A DNA stretch of 64,000 nt from Lama glama (GCA_028534125.1 CM052841.1:66898001-66962000); one strand, 5' to 3'; positions 12,001 through 25,932 are shown, counted from the first letter of the stretch. Program-made: numbers and translations. Notes: generated by a model from the letters alone, not told the origin.

Positions 12001-15000
12001 AAGCTTCCGAGCCGTCCTGGCAGGATGGCCATCTGATGGGCTGGGCTGGGCTGTGAGAGGGAGGAGAGGGCTGTGGGCAGAGGGATAGCACAGGCAAAGG
12101 CAAGGAGCCAGAGCAGTGCCAGCAGGCCCAGGGGCAGCCTAGGGGAGGCCGCCTGCCGCGGCCCCTCCTCCAGCTCTCCCTGAAGTCCCCGCGCTGCCAG
12201 CCAAGACCATTTGGCCGGGATTGCGCGGAATTGTTAATCTGCCCCCCGGGACCATAAACGGTTTTAAAGCTTTATAAACGGCTCTGCTTCCCTGTCCCAC
12301 CCCCGGGTTTTACAGAGACAGGCTGTGAGGTGGGGCCCCTCTGTGCACCCCCACCCCAGAGTCTGCAGAGAGGGGCTGGGCAGGCAATAGCCCCCTTCTG
12401 ATGGCGCTGCATCTCCGGGGGAGCCGCCGCTTCGAGCTCCAGTTGTCCCCCCGCCTCCACAGCGTGAAGACCGAGTGGGGTGGGTCTGGGTCGGGGAGCA
12501 GGAAACACCTGGCAGCAGAGCCAGACGCCGGCCCTCCACCTGCCTGCTCCAGCGGAGCCCCTCCCCTGGCGGACGACCCCAGCACGGCTGCCATGTGGAC
12601 CGCATGTCCTGCACCTAGGCTCAGACTCCCCTGCTTCCCCTGCTTCCCCCGCTCCACCCCACCCCTCCCTGCCTTGAAGACGGAGGATGGAGCCTCCTCG
12701 GTCTGTTCACCTTGTGCCCCCACCCCTGGGCTCTCCTGGTGCAGGGTGCATGGTGATGCTGCATGAGGCTCCTGTCCGCAGTGCTCACCTGAGACGCCCG
12801 GTGCTCCTTTCAGGAGCCAAGGAGAAGCCCAGCCCTGCACCCTCTGCGCTGGCTGGGCCTCCAGCTCACCCAGTCCGGTGACTTCTAGATCCACCAGACA
12901 CCAGAACCCAGAACACATGCAGACCCCCAGGCCTGAGTGGGGCCCCGGGCTCTCCTTGCTTCACAAGCACCCTTCCCACTAGGTGACGATGGAGGTGGTT
13001 TTCCAGGTGGAGAAACTGAGGCTGGGGGAGGAGAGGGCAGAGCAGGGCTGGGGCCCAGGTTTGCTGCCTCCCCGCCAGGCCCGTCCCCACCCTGGTGTCT
13101 CGTCAAGGGCTTACGGAGAGCCAGACGCTTTTCCTCCACAAACATCTGTCTGGTTACCAGAGAGCTCCTGCTACCTGGGAGCCCAAGGGCCCCGTCGCCC
13201 TCGAGCGGGAGCGGCCCAGAGTTCCTGTCTAGACCTCCTCCACATTTGGTCCTAATTTCACGCTCCGCAGGCTCCCAGATTCCTGAGTTTGGTAACAAAC
13301 AGACGGGGAGCTGCTCAGCAGCGCTGCGGCTGGTCTCCGAGATATTGTCCAGAGCCTGGCTGGGGGTGGGGTGGTGGCGGCGGGGACCTGGGGCCTGGAG
13401 AGGCAGTTTCCAAAGGCACCTGGACTGTGCCTCCCCCAAGCTCCACCCCCACCCAGCTCAGCTCAGCCCTGGAGCACTCGGACCCCGTGAGCCGGGCCTG
13501 CACCCACCTTGAGCTCCAGGGCCGAGGCCGGACAACGCCCGCGGTAGAGGGCTGGGTGCTGCCGGGGTGGGCGGGGCTGGGGCACTGGTGCTCAGGAAAC
13601 GCTGTGGACGTCCTGGGCTGGCCAGCTTTGTGGCCTGGGCTCCTTGAGGGACCCTAGCATGACCACAGGGGCCGTGCCATTTTGCCAGCTGTTTCTGGGG
13701 TTCACAGACTCCCAGAAGCTCTCCCCATATCCCCGCTGAAGGCCCCTCGGGGTCAGCAGTGGGAGAGCAGGGCCCTGCCTGTGGCTCACGGCTCTGCTCC
13801 CGCCGCCCAGCTGCACACACAGAGAGGGCGCTGCCCGTGGACGAATGGCCTGTGGGGGGTCCTCTCCCAGCTAGCTGGGCTGGAGCAGAGCTATGGAGTG
13901 GGGTGGGGAGGGGGGCTGGGGGTGTGATGCGGGCTCTGGGCCTCAGTTCAGCACAGTCAGGGCTAATGAGAACCACACTGGCCACAGGACCTCAGCACAG
14001 GGAGGACCTGCTGTGTTGATCTCATCTCACCCCAGGACTCCCCCCAGGACACGCTCACACTCCCAGGCTTTGTGAAAACAGGGCTCGGATGCATCTCTCA
14101 GCATGATTACCCAACTCACGCTTTCTAGGGGTAAACTGAGGCTGGAGGACTGGGTCAACCCACCAAGCAAGCGGAAAACCCAGTCGGCTGGACACCCTGG
14201 CTTTGTGGCCTTGCCCGGCCCACTGTGGATGCACTGAAGCTGAGGAAGGGACGCCAAGGCTCTGTGGCCTGGGAGGAGAGGATCCAGGCAGACCTCAGGG
14301 CCTGGTGACTGGGAGGCCCTGGGCCGTGGCCAGGAAACTGGAGGGAGCAGGGGTTTGCCCCATCTGGGCTGGCCAGTGGGCTCAGCTTCTCCACTGCCTG
14401 GAGAGAGAGGGGGCCCCCAGTTGGCAGGGTCCCCAAGCAGTCACCGTCCCCAAACTCGGGAACCTCAGGTGGTGCAGGGAGCAGCAGGAGGCGCCCCTCT
14501 TGGCCTCCATCAGGGAGTTGTGCTGATGCTGCCTTGGTCCCCTGGTCGCCTGGAGCAGCGAGCGGCGCCCGGGGGCCTGGGTTATCTGAGGGCAAGGCCC
14601 AGCCCAGGGGTCGCTTGTGAGGCTGGCCTTCAGAACTCGCTCCAAAGGTAAATGAAATTAAAGTTGTAGCCACTGCGGTCTGTGCTGGAGCCCCTCCCGC
14701 TGTTCACTGTCCCGCTCGCTCAGAGGAGTGGAAACTCAGGGTGCACTGAGGTCAAACAAGGCTGGACCTGCCAGCTCTGTGGGGCCAGGCCTGGTGGTAT
14801 AGAGGGCTTTGAGTACGCCGCTGCCCCCTGGCTGTGCCCCCCAGAGAAGGAGCCTTGTCCAGGGTCACCCCAACATCCGCCACCAAGCAAGGGCTGGGAA
14901 GAGGCCAGCAACCCTGAACTGCCTCCCTGGGCCCCAAGGTGGTGATGGGAGGAGGCCGAGCCACCCAGCTCTGGACGGTGAGCTCAGCAAGGTCCGGCCC

Positions 15001-17599
15001 CGGGGCCCCAGCAGCCCCCAGGCCTCTCCTGTTCCGTCTCCTTGGGGTCTGAAATCGTGGGCGTGGCTCCGGAGAAGCTCACAGTTCACATCCGTCTCCC
15101 CGGAAAGCCCTCCAACTGCTGACGCCGGTGACCCCCACACAGCAGGGAAACCTGCCCTTCAGCGCAGGGGCTGCTGGGCGCCCCCAGGGCCTGGGGTTCC
15201 GGCCCTGCCCTCCTGCCCCACTGGGGCTCCTTGAGCCTAGGTCTGGACAGGTCACTGCCTCCCTCCAGCAGCCTGGGTGGCCCCCCAGTGCCTCATGACA
15301 GCAGTAAGCACGTCGTCCTGCCCGAGCACCTCCTCTGTGCCAGGCAGGGCACAGCACCCTTCACAGCATCTGTAACCCCTGGTGGAGTCTGACAGCGTGA
15401 GCATGACTCCACTTTACCGACCAGGAAACAGCCAGAGCAGACACCAGTCCCACGGTTAGTGGAGCAGGGGGTGAAGTTGGGTGCGCCATCTAAAGTCAGT
15501 GTCTTTTTTCCCTCCTCCTGCCCCAGCCCAGCTTGCCTACCGCTGCTGGGGTCAGGGGTGCGCGAGCCTCCTCCCCATCAGACTGTAAGCCCCCTGAAGG
15601 CAGGAACCCGGCGCCATGTCTGCGGTCCTCCGGCCACCAGGGATCCGTACAGCACAAGGACACTGGCGGCTCCAAAATAAGGCCCATCTGAGCTGAGCTG
15701 GGGTCCCTTTGGCAAGCCCGCGCTGAAGGGGCCCTGGACGCGGGAAGGGGAGGGACGAGGTCCTGCCTCCGCGGCCCCAGTGCTGGGGCCTGGCCAGCGT
15801 GGGTGGGGTCCCAGGCAGGGGAAAGGCAGATGGGGTGCACCATTCGGGAACTTTCTGGGGCTGCAGTGGTCCAACCAACCCACAAGCAGCGAGTCAGGGA
15901 GCAGGACGGGAGGGTGGGGCTAAGACGCCGGGGGAGCCCCAGCTCGGCTGCGGACGCTATGGCTTCTCTCCCTTAAAATCACGGGGGCAGGAGCTGGGTT
16001 TGCAAAACCCCTTAACGTTTTTCCCTTTTTCTCTTCAACGTCCGATTTCAGGAACTGGGCGCAGCCCCCGGTACCAGCTCGGGGCCTGGCAGGCCCACAG
16101 GAGGGGCTCCAGGCTGGGTTTGCTGGGACCTTCGGGGCACCGTTTGTTAAGCACGTACCACGCACGACCGGGAGGCCAGCACCCTCCCTGTGTCTCACTT
16201 CACCTGCACAGGCGCTCCCAGCACAGGCGGGGAACAGGCAGGGCGAGGGAGGGCGGCCAGGTCTGGCGGGCGGGAGGAAGGCAGGCAGTGGGGACCCGAC
16301 TCCAGGCCTCTGCCCAGCACCGCGGCTCTGCCTGCAGCTCCACACACCCCGATGCCATTTAGTAAAATCCTGAATCAGCCAGACCAGGGGGCAAACAGAG
16401 GCTCAGAGGCTTGGCAGGGACATGCCAGACCCAGGTGATTCCAGGCCCATGCGCCAGTGCAGGCTGGGCTCCCAACCCCTGGGCCACACAGCAACCCGAG
16501 CACGGGAGAGCAGGCTTTCAGGGTCGGCTGTGACCGTGGGTCCATGGTGGGTGGGCCTGCCTGCCGGGGGTCCTGTGTTCCCAGAGGGCCAACCACTGCC
16601 CAGTTGGACGGGATGAGTGACGAGTGCTCCCCTGCCCATCGCTCCGGCATCCAGGTGGGTCAGCCCCTCCCACGTACCCAGCAGGCTCCCACCACCCTGC
16701 TGCCGAGCCGGCATCTGGCCGCCGCCTGCCCGGCCGCCGCCTGCCAGTTCTTTCGACACGTCTGCTGTCTGTTACATGCTGGTGCTGACCCCAACTTTCA
16801 AGGGCTCCTCCATCTGTGAGGGGCTCCTGGTGTCAAAAGGCCAACAGAGCAGCATCGTTTCCTGGGTCGGGGAGACCCCCAGGCCCACCCTTAGGGAGTG
16901 CGTCGAGGGCAGTAACCGCGGCTGCGACAACGCTGCAGCACCGACAGTTCACCCTGCCCTGCTCCTGGCTGGCCTCCCTGCTGGAGCCTGGGCCGGTGCC
17001 AGCCCCGTCAGGGGCCTCCACCGAGGTGGAGATCCTCACCTGGGCCGCAGCAGCTTCCCCTGGGGGCTCTGGCAGCTGGGGTTTCCCTGGACGTTTCTGC
17101 TCAGAGGTCCAGGTGGGCTGAGAAGGCCCATTTCACAAGTTCCCAGGGGCTGCTGATGGTGCCAGGCTAGGGACCACGCTTGGAGAACTCTCCTAAAGCG
17201 TGGGCCCCCAAAGCAAGTCTGGACCAGCAGTGGTTCCCAGCTGGCCCTGAATAAACACCCCACCCCCAGGACTGAGACAGTGACCCAGGCCCTGGGACCT
17301 GAAGGTTGAGAAGCAATGACGAGAAAGCATCTGTAGAGGAAACAGCACGTGCAAAGGCCCGGAGGCACAGAGTGAGGTGGGCTCAGGAGCCGGAGCACAC
17401 GAGCAGAAGAGGAGGGGGCGCAGGGGGAGGTCAGCAGAGACCTGGCCGCGCAGCCGGCTCCGTCCCTGCCTGACCCAGCCTTCAGGGAGCCTGGTCCTCA
17501 CGTGCCAGCCTGCTGCAGCTCGGGGCCCCCTTCTCCCTGAAACGCCTCCTGCATCTGGATCTGCATCCAGCCCCCTGGGGAGCTGGCGAAGCAGCTCTG

Positions 17600-18820
17600 A
17601 CCACGTGCCGGGGGGATGCTGGTGCTACAGGCCAGCGAGGCATGCAGGCCCTCAGTGCCCGGATGTCACTGTCACCCAGAACTCCTCCTCCTTCAGGGTC
17701 CTGCCTTCCCGGCCTCCTTTGCGGGCTTCTCTGCAAATCCCAGCCTCTACAGGTCCAGGGCCCTGGGGTCTAGGCCTTACACTGCCGTTCCTGTACCAGC
17801 CCCCTCCTGAGGTGATCCTACCCAGCTTCACACACCCTCCTACAGCTTCCAGACTGGTAGCTCAAGCCTGGGCCTCGCCCTGCATCATGACTGCCGGCAG
17901 CCTCACCCCTGAATGTCCGGGGGGGGGCATCTTAACACTGGCGTACAGGAAACCCAGCTCCCAGTTCCCCTCCTGCAACCCTCCCATCCCAGGAAATGGC
18001 AGCCCCACCCTTCCAGCAGCTCAGACCCCAAACCCCTCAGTCCTCTGGGTTCCCTGCCTTGTTCTTGCTCCACACCCGATCTGTCAGCAAATCCTCAAAC
18101 GCCACCCAGAGCCTGACCCCTTCCCATGCCTCCGTGCCTCCCGCCTCGTCGGGCCCTCCCCTCATGCCTGGGTTGCTGACTGAGCCCCCAGCTCCACCCC
18201 CAGCCACCTGCTCTCCACGCGGCAGCCAGAGTGATGCCCCACATGGACGGCTAGAGCTCTCAGTCCTCCTCCTGAAACATCCCGGTGGTCCTGCGTCACT
18301 CAACATAAAACACGCCATCACTGGTGTGTCCACAGGCCCCAGCAGACGCACCCAGCCCCTCTCGGACCACATCTCCTGCCTCTGTCTCCTGTTCGGTTGT
18401 TTTAGCCGCCTTGGCCTCGCTGTGTCTGACGCGCCAGGCCCCCTGCTGCCTCAGGGCCTTTGCACGTGCTATTCTCGCTGCCTGGGATGCACTTCTCTCA
18501 CATGGCTGTGTAGCACCTGCCCTCATTCCATGCAGGTCTCTGCTCAAATATCTCCTTCTCAGAGACCCTCAGAGACCCTCAGAGACCCATCCACCCAAAT
18601 ACCACGGCCCCACCCCCACCACCAATGCCCTTCACCCGGCTGGGCGCATGCTTTCAGTGGTATCCCTTCACACATTGTGCATTTATTTCCTGTCATCTCT
18701 TCTCCCTGGAACTTGAGTCACGAGGACGGGGGCTTGGCCTGCTCTGCTCCCTGCTCTGCCCTGGTGCCCAGAACAGTGTCTGTGGCCCATAATAGGCACG
18801 GAGTAACTCTCAGTGGAGTG
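17600..18820 (+). mobile_element. LINE-2 3' fragment
   Basis: ctcagggcctttgcacgtgct, caggtctctgctcaaat, cccagaacagtg...taggcac are typical L2 3' region motifs. Confidence 0.75.
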
Positions 18821-19499
18821 ATGGGTGAAGACATGAGTCCAGCAGGAAGGCAGAAACTGGGTCCGTTCTGCTTTTGGTTGCTGGGCGGGTAGGTGGGCGT
18901 GGAGGCAGGGTGGGAGGGGCCATCCAGAGGCTGTTGTAGGCGTCTGGTAAGAGGAGAGAGTGGGGCTGGAGGGGTGGGGGTGACTTTTTTTAATGCTGTA
19001 AAATATTTCTTTAATAAAAATAAATTTATAATCTACACAGGGAGCAATAGCAGGACTGCGGAGGTAGGATGAAGGGTGGGGACAGGAGGGGTCCTGCACA
19101 ACGCCGGACTCCCTCCATCTCCCTGGGAAGTCTCTTCACTCCTCGGGTTGCTCGCTGACAGAACAGGGGGACGCTGGGCCTCCCCTCAGCACTCGGATCA
19201 CTAACCCCCATCGTGAGGAGCAGCACCAGCGCGACGGTCCCGGCCACGGCGCAGGGGCCCGAGGCACCGAGGCACCCGGGACGAGGGTCAGTGAAGCAGT
19301 GCTTGTCCGGGCACTGACATCAGGGGATGAAGGACCACCCTCACGAAATGGACCAGGAGTGGGGAGGGCCCAGGACTGTCCCAGTGTCCCGCATGACGAC
19401 AGTCCCCAGGCTGCCATATAGGGAACCCAGGTGGGGCCTGCTGGTCCCCCTGCACTGGGGAGAGAGAGCTGAGGGTCCAAGGACACGGGGTGGCCAGAG

Positions 19500-20400
19500 T
19501 CCGCAGGGCAGGGTCCTGCAGAGAGGGAGCTGCACAGAGAGATCTCTGCAGAGGGTCCCCGTGAGTGGGCGGCTGAGCGCGGGTAAGCTCACGAGTGAGT
19601 GCCACTCCCTGAGGTCGGAGGAAGAACCATTTGAAAAAGTCCTAGGGAGCAATATTTGAAGCTCACGTGGGTTCAGGAAAAGTCCCTGCTCCTGTCAGAG
19701 GGGAAGACTTCACCATTCCGGGGCCCTGGGCAGGGCGCTCACACGGGCGTGGACTCGCCTCCCAGAGCAAAACAGCTAAGACTGAAAGAGACTGTTTCCA
19801 AGTAACAACCGCGAACCAGAGCGCAGCTCACAAGTGCGGACGGGGTCTGCCTCCCGCACGGCAGAGTCCCCAGGGCCCGGCACCCGCGGAAACACGCGTG
19901 GCACGCCAAGAGTCAAACCCCACCCACGATGAGGAGAAACATCGGCGGGCGCGAACCCAGCAGTGGCACAGGTGAAGGGTTAGGAGACCAGGATGTTCAA
20001 ACAGTTACTGTAGCTGTCAAGACCCAGGGGAAAACTGGACACATGAAGCAGCAACACAGAAGGGGTCAAAAAGAATGAAACCAAATTTCTAGAGAATGAA
20101 ACAAGCCACAGTGTCTACGACGCAAACTATGCGGGACGGGGTTAACGCCAGACTCAGCCTGGCAGGAGGAGGCACCCGTGAACTCAGGGACAGCAGTGGA
20201 AGCTGCCCGGGGTGAACACGGGGAGAAAAAGGGCAGAGCGTGCGTGAGAGAAAGTCTGGGGACTCGGGCGCGTGCCTGTGGGGAACCAAGACGAGCGAGA
20301 AGCCGACTCCAGGCCAGAAACGACGGCAGCTGGGAGACGGCAGGCAGCACCCTGAAAGCACTGAAGGAAGCCGGCCACGCGGGAGCGCGCCGCCCAGCAA
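19500..20400 (+). mobile_element. Old LINE-1 5' UTR/ORF1 fossil (L1MC-like)
   Basis: Colinear anchors gaggaagaaccat, ctgtttccaagtaac, gatgaggagaaa, aacagtta, ttctagagaatgaaac, ttaacgccagact, gtgaactc match the recalled L1M 5' end/ORF1 consensus. Confidence 0.7.
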
Positions 20401-21318
20401 AGGCTCCTGCTGCCATTAGGGGGGGACGAGGGACATGGTCAGTGCCGGCTCCTCTCCGCGGCTGTGCGGTCCTGGAGGCCGGGCCGCACCCCCCCCTCGC
20501 CCGGGGACGCCGCTTGGACCTACTTTGGGGGGTTATTTTCTCACTCGGTTTGGGCCCCTGGTCGCCCGTCCGAGCGGCGGGCTGGGAAGCCATGTGAGGA
20601 GTTCTCTGCTGGGGGGGGCTGGGCAGAATCTGGTTTGTTCTGGGGAGGCCCAGGTTGAGGGGCAGTGGCCCTTTAGGGACTGTCCCCACGAGGACCCCAA
20701 CTGCTTGGCCTCAGGCCCCGCTAAGTGAGCATGGGGGGCAGGGAGTTTGAGGCATGCTCTGCACGACAACCTTGTGCCCTGCAGTCGCCTCGCTGACCCC
20801 CTGGGAGGGTGACAGCACCAGGGAAATTTGCATCATGCTTTTAAAGACAACAAATCAAAGACTACGCAAATGTGAGCTGTTCACAAGGCCGCAGGCAGCT
20901 CCCACCGCTGCAGCTGCACGCTGCGTGCAGGGGGCGAGGAGCCGGGGCTCCCTTCACCCGGCACACTGGGGCCCTCACGCAGCCAGGCCCCCAGATGCTG
21001 GACCGGGGGGCGGGGGGGCGGCGACAAAGCCGCTGCCTCCCCCTGCTCGGCCAGCACTCGCGTCAGGGAGCAGCCTGGGGTAAGGAGGGCGGGCATCTGC
21101 GTCCTCGCCTGGGGGGAGCCGCGGGCCGGGGCCGGGGCCACACAGGCCGCGGCGGTCAGGGAACGGCAGCCTCGTGTCCGCGCCGACGCCCGGCACACCG
21201 GGCGCTGCGGAGAGTCCTGCCCTCGCCGGGGACGGCCCGGAGCAGACGGAGGGCAGGGCCAGCCCTCCTGCTGAGTGCAGGCAGTGCCACCCTCGCCCGG
21301 GAGCTGCAGGTGCAACTC

Positions 21319-21492
21319 TGTGTGTGTATGTGTGCGTGTTTGTCTGTGTGTCTGTATGACTGTGTACACGTGTGTATCTGTGTAACTGTACATGTGTATA
21401 TATGTGGGTCTGTGTGTGCATATGTGTGTATGCACGTGTGTCTGTGTATATGTGACTGTGTGTGTGTCTGTGTGTGTGTGTCTGTGTGTGTG
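21319..21492. repeat. Imperfect (TG)n microsatellite, about 175 bp
   Basis: tgtgtgtatgtgtgcgtgt... directly visible. Confidence 0.95.
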
Positions 21493-24400
21493 CGGTGCTA
21501 ACAGTCAGTAAGAGCAGATGGAGCAGGGACAAAGATGAGCCAAGCCACCTGGTTGTTCTAAAGAGACTGGCTGGACGGCCCAGCACTGGGGGCAGAGGCG
21601 TGCTACCTCCGCCCACCTGGGCACACCCTGTAAGTTCAGATGCCCCAGGTGACCTAGCACCTACCGGGGAACCGCTCTGGGCCCCCGCCCTGTCTGAGAT
21701 CAGTGCAGCCCATTTAAAGCAGGCCCAGCTCCCGCTCTGTGGCTTCAGGGAGGGTCTCTAGTGGGGCAGGGGAAGGAGGAAGGTGGGGACACGGGGCGAA
21801 AGGGTGGGCAGGCAACCAGGGAACCCGTGGAGCTGGCGGGAGGGGTGGACCCAAGGTGGTGGAACTGGGGGCTCCCAGCATCCAAGCACACCTATCCTGG
21901 AGTCTCAGAAAATCAGGGCCTCGGGGCAACGGCTGCCTACAACCGGAGGCCCCACATCTTTTTCTCTGAGATTCAGAAGGGACTTCGCATGCTACCTGGC
22001 TTAATCACCTGTCCAACGAACAGAAAAGGAATTTTTTTTCCTTCTTGGAATCACAGTTCATCCAAGGTGGTCCAGCTGAGCAGTCGGCTCTCCAACTCTC
22101 CCCAGGGGACGGAGGAGGGCGGGACCTCCTGTGACTCCTGGCCAAATCCCAAGCTTTTCACTGCTCCCTGGGGGCACCCCAAGTCCAAGCCAGGAGGACC
22201 CCTGAGGAGGGGCCCCCTGCATGTGCCCCATCTTCCTGGGGGCAGAGGCCTCTGCGGGCAGCAGGCAGCCTTGGTCCGGTCCTCACCCCTCATCCACTCA
22301 CTCCCCTCTTCGATCCGACAGTTTACGGCGCTGGGGGCCGCTGGGCCTGCAGGCCTCGAGGCTGTAAGCTCACGACAGTCGTCCTCCCACGCCTGCAGCC
22401 CCGGCCACTGCAGCCGACCCAGCAACCCCCTTATAAACTCCTGTGGGCAACTCAGCCACCCTGGGCCGTCCTCATGGCTCAGGCTGCAGCCAAGACCCTG
22501 CCCGAAGCAATCTGTTTTCATCAATTTTCCTTTTTAAAAAAATCGGGCTCAGCCATTTTTAAGTGAACGTAGGCGTGTTGTTGAAAAGGCCCGTCTTACA
22601 GATTAAGTGACTTTTTTTTTCCAAAACCAGTGGTTGTCAATGAAGAATGCAGCATTAATCCCCGAGGCCTCGCCGAGAGCAGAAGCCCGATCAAGTGAGG
22701 CCACCAGCCCCAGAACCACCCTCTGACGGTGACGTCCCCGGGCTGGAGGACTGCGGACGGGGCAGGGAACAGACCCTGCTGCCGCCGGGGCCCCTTGGCT
22801 CTGGCCCCGCCCCTGCCCTGCTGGCTGGCTTCCCGTCTCTGGAACACTTTGAGCCCCTTCTTCCCTGAACAGGTTTGGCACATTTGGAAGGGAGACCCTT
22901 ATGGGAAAAGAGACGCTGTTTGTGGCTCGGATGGTGGAATGTCAGTCCAGGAAGGCCGGGCAGAGGCCACCGCCCCGCAGACGAGGTTGGCCCTCAGAAC
23001 AGCACAAAAACACCCAGCAGTCGGACAGAGATCTACAAGCGTCCCTGCCCGGCTGCCAGCCCCGGGCCCGGTCTGGGCTCGGGGGGAGCCAGGCTGCCAG
23101 GTGCCATCCTCGATGGGCCGCAGGGCTGCGCGCAGAGGGAGGCCGCTGGGGAGGGTCTGACCTCTTGGGGAGGAGGCGCGAGGTCAGGGACGCCTCCCTG
23201 CAGGGCTGACATGAAAGCCAGGACCTGCACAGGCAGGGAGGCGAGGCGGCAGGAGGACCTCCCGGGATGAAGGGTCTCGAGTCTTCCAGAGTGAGGGAGA
23301 TAGGAAAGTAACGAGGCTGGGGGCGTTGGCAAGGTCTGTTCCCTGCAGGCCACCCTGGACCGTGCGGGGGTCTGGGACCTATCCTCAGTGGGGACGGGTT
23401 TTCAGCACGGACCCCAGCCGCACGCAACAACACATGAAACCCGAGGCCCAGCACAGGTGCCATTTCACAGCCCCGCCACCCACCAGGCCCAGAGAGCCCA
23501 GAATCTAGCACCGGGTGCCACTCGCCGTGTTCCTACAGGGTGCGTGGGGTCTCACGGGGAGATGATGAGTCCTCACCGAGAGGTACTGCCATCCCTGTTC
23601 GTGTGGACCGGCAAACTAGCGCACGGGGAAGTTTCATCACGCGCCTACGGCCACCAGCTGGGGGGAGCCGGTGCTGTGGGTTGAGCTGAGCTGCTGGGTC
23701 CTAACCCTTGTGCCTGCTCTGAGCATCCTGCTGAATCTGCAGCCCTGCCGGCCCCCCCGTCCAGCCCCCCCGACGCCCTCCTCCTCGCCCTCCCCTCCCC
23801 TCCCCTCAGGTCTCACCGCACCGACGCGGATGGGCCCAGGGAGAAAAGGGCAGACGGCCCAAAACAAGACACGGCCCAACGGTGGTAAAAACAACCACGA
23901 AAGTGATCATTCAAGACACTGTGTCGTGAAACAAAAAATTTTTTTTTTGGAAATAGAAGTCTGTTTAGCAATTAGAGGGAACACTCGTGTGGGAAGTTGC
24001 ATGAAGGTAAAATTAAAGTCGACTCTATTTTTAATTTGGTAAATGGGTTCGTACGGAGCCAGGAGCCTTCTGCATCATGAGTGTTTTAACCAAACAAACC
24101 TTAAACACAGGTAAACACCAGAAGCGTGCACACCGCCGAAAGAGAGGCTGCTCTCCGTCGGGTGAAGTATGACTTTATCCTCTGCCCTCCTTCAAACCGG
24201 AATCGGATCATCGCACTTGGGATCAGCCCTCCTCAGAGCCGTTGCTGGTTCTGCAATATGTCAAGGGGAGACCCCGACAAGAAAGACACGCGGTTCCTGG
24301 CCCTAAACGGGGGTCCTTCTCTAAGCCAGAGGCTCTGCTGGGCTCTGGGAGCAGTGGCTGGCGGGGTGGGAGGTTCTCCACGTAGAGAAAGGATGTCTGA

Positions 24401-25797
24401 ATCAGGTACTTGCCTCTGAGTCGGAAAAAAGAGCATGTTTATCTGGTCTTAGGAAAGTCCCTGAGTGGATGGAGCAAAGGTGCATCTGCCCAAGCCGAGT
24501 GGAAGAATTTTGGAAAACGGTGTAAACGAGACATTTCAGACTGCACAGTGAGGCCCTGGACGGTGTTACAGACAGACGAAGGACGCTTCCCAGGCTGCCT
24601 CCCCTGCATGCAGACGCGGTCCCTGAGGCCCCCACCGCAGCCCCGGGCTTTCCTGCCTCCTATCTCCCTTGGCAAAATAATGTGAGCTCACACTAGGGGG
24701 ACGCGTTGGCAGGAGCTCCGACCCCCTCTGGCGCGGCTGGGCCGTGGGGCAGGGCGGGGGCTCTGTGGTGGGCCCCTCCTTGGTCTGTAGCAAAACCCCC
24801 TCTGCCCAGGGAGCGAGCGAGGGCGAGAGCCTTTTTAAGCCTGGCAGGGAGACCAGAGGGTGAGAGCGGGGGCCACACCTGGGGAAACCACTCAATCACA
24901 GCACAGATTTGAGTGCTCAAAGCCACTGTGACCACCGGGATGTGGCCTGGCTGGTTCCCTCCCACCCTCACAGGGAGCGGGGAGCTGGGAAGGGTCAGGG
25001 CATCTCCAGTGGGACACCAATTATCAGCCAGAGTCAATGGACTGGTGTTCCCGCATCCCTGCGAGGGCAGAAACGCCCCATCTCTCCACCACGCCTGCTC
25101 CTCCGGGCGCCAAACTCACTCATCCTTCAGGGCTTAGCTCAACTTCCACCTCCAGGAAGCCCTCCCTGATTGCTCCAGCCCACTGGGTACCTTCTTCCGA
25201 ATCTGGGACCCCTGCCGCCTCACACCCAGGCTACCGTCCACTGGAAACTGCCCCTGCCCTGCGATCTCATTCTATTCACAAGTGCGTGCCCCCCCGTATC
25301 CCCCTACCCCAGGCCAGGAGATCCTTCCCTGTGGGGATCACGCTGTTGAACAAGTCTGTAAAAACTACACAACACAGACGAAAACCCGGATGACCTATGA
25401 ACCTGTTTACTAACACGGGCTCAGGCCAATCAGTGAGAGAATGGGGGCTGGCGTGGAAGGATGCTCCAGGGTGGCTGAGGAAGGGACAGGGGAGGAAGAG
25501 CCGCGGAAGAGCGCTCGGTGGCGCCCGGTGATGCCTGCGGCAAGTGACTGACAGCTAAGCACCGGGGCCACAGCCCGAAACTGGGGCTTTTCCTTTGTGA
25601 CAAACAGAGCTGGAAGGGCTTGACTTTCTTCTACAGCAAGCATGCATTTACTTCATTTTACCAAACCCTTTACCAGAGATCAAAATTAATGCATGTTCAT
25701 TAAGAACGTGGGGCGCATCAAGGAGACAAGGTCCCCGATGACAGCTCCCGGCAGGCAGGGCCCCTCTCTGTTCCGGCCCAGGCTACGTTTTCTGGAG

Positions 25798-25932
25798 CAG
25801 TGTGTCTCAGACTTCACTGAGCACAAGAATTACCTAGGGAGCTTTGAAAGCAGGGCTGGAGGGGGCCTGAGAATCTGAATTCCCAGCAGGCTCCCAGCCT
25901 GGGAGCACCCCGAGGGGCCACCTTTGCCACTG
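25798..25932. mobile_element. MER5-like hAT MITE
   Basis: gcacaagaattacctagggagc...gggcctgagaatctgaatt..caggctcccag. Confidence 0.55.

Noticed and set aside
20872-21616. Cys/Val- and His/Thr-rich ORFs
   Set aside because: Translations of the (TG)n/(CA)n microsatellite.
23401-23420. RE1-like ttcagcacggacc (and ttcagcacc near 10139)
   Set aside because: Left half-site only, no correctly spaced GGACAG.
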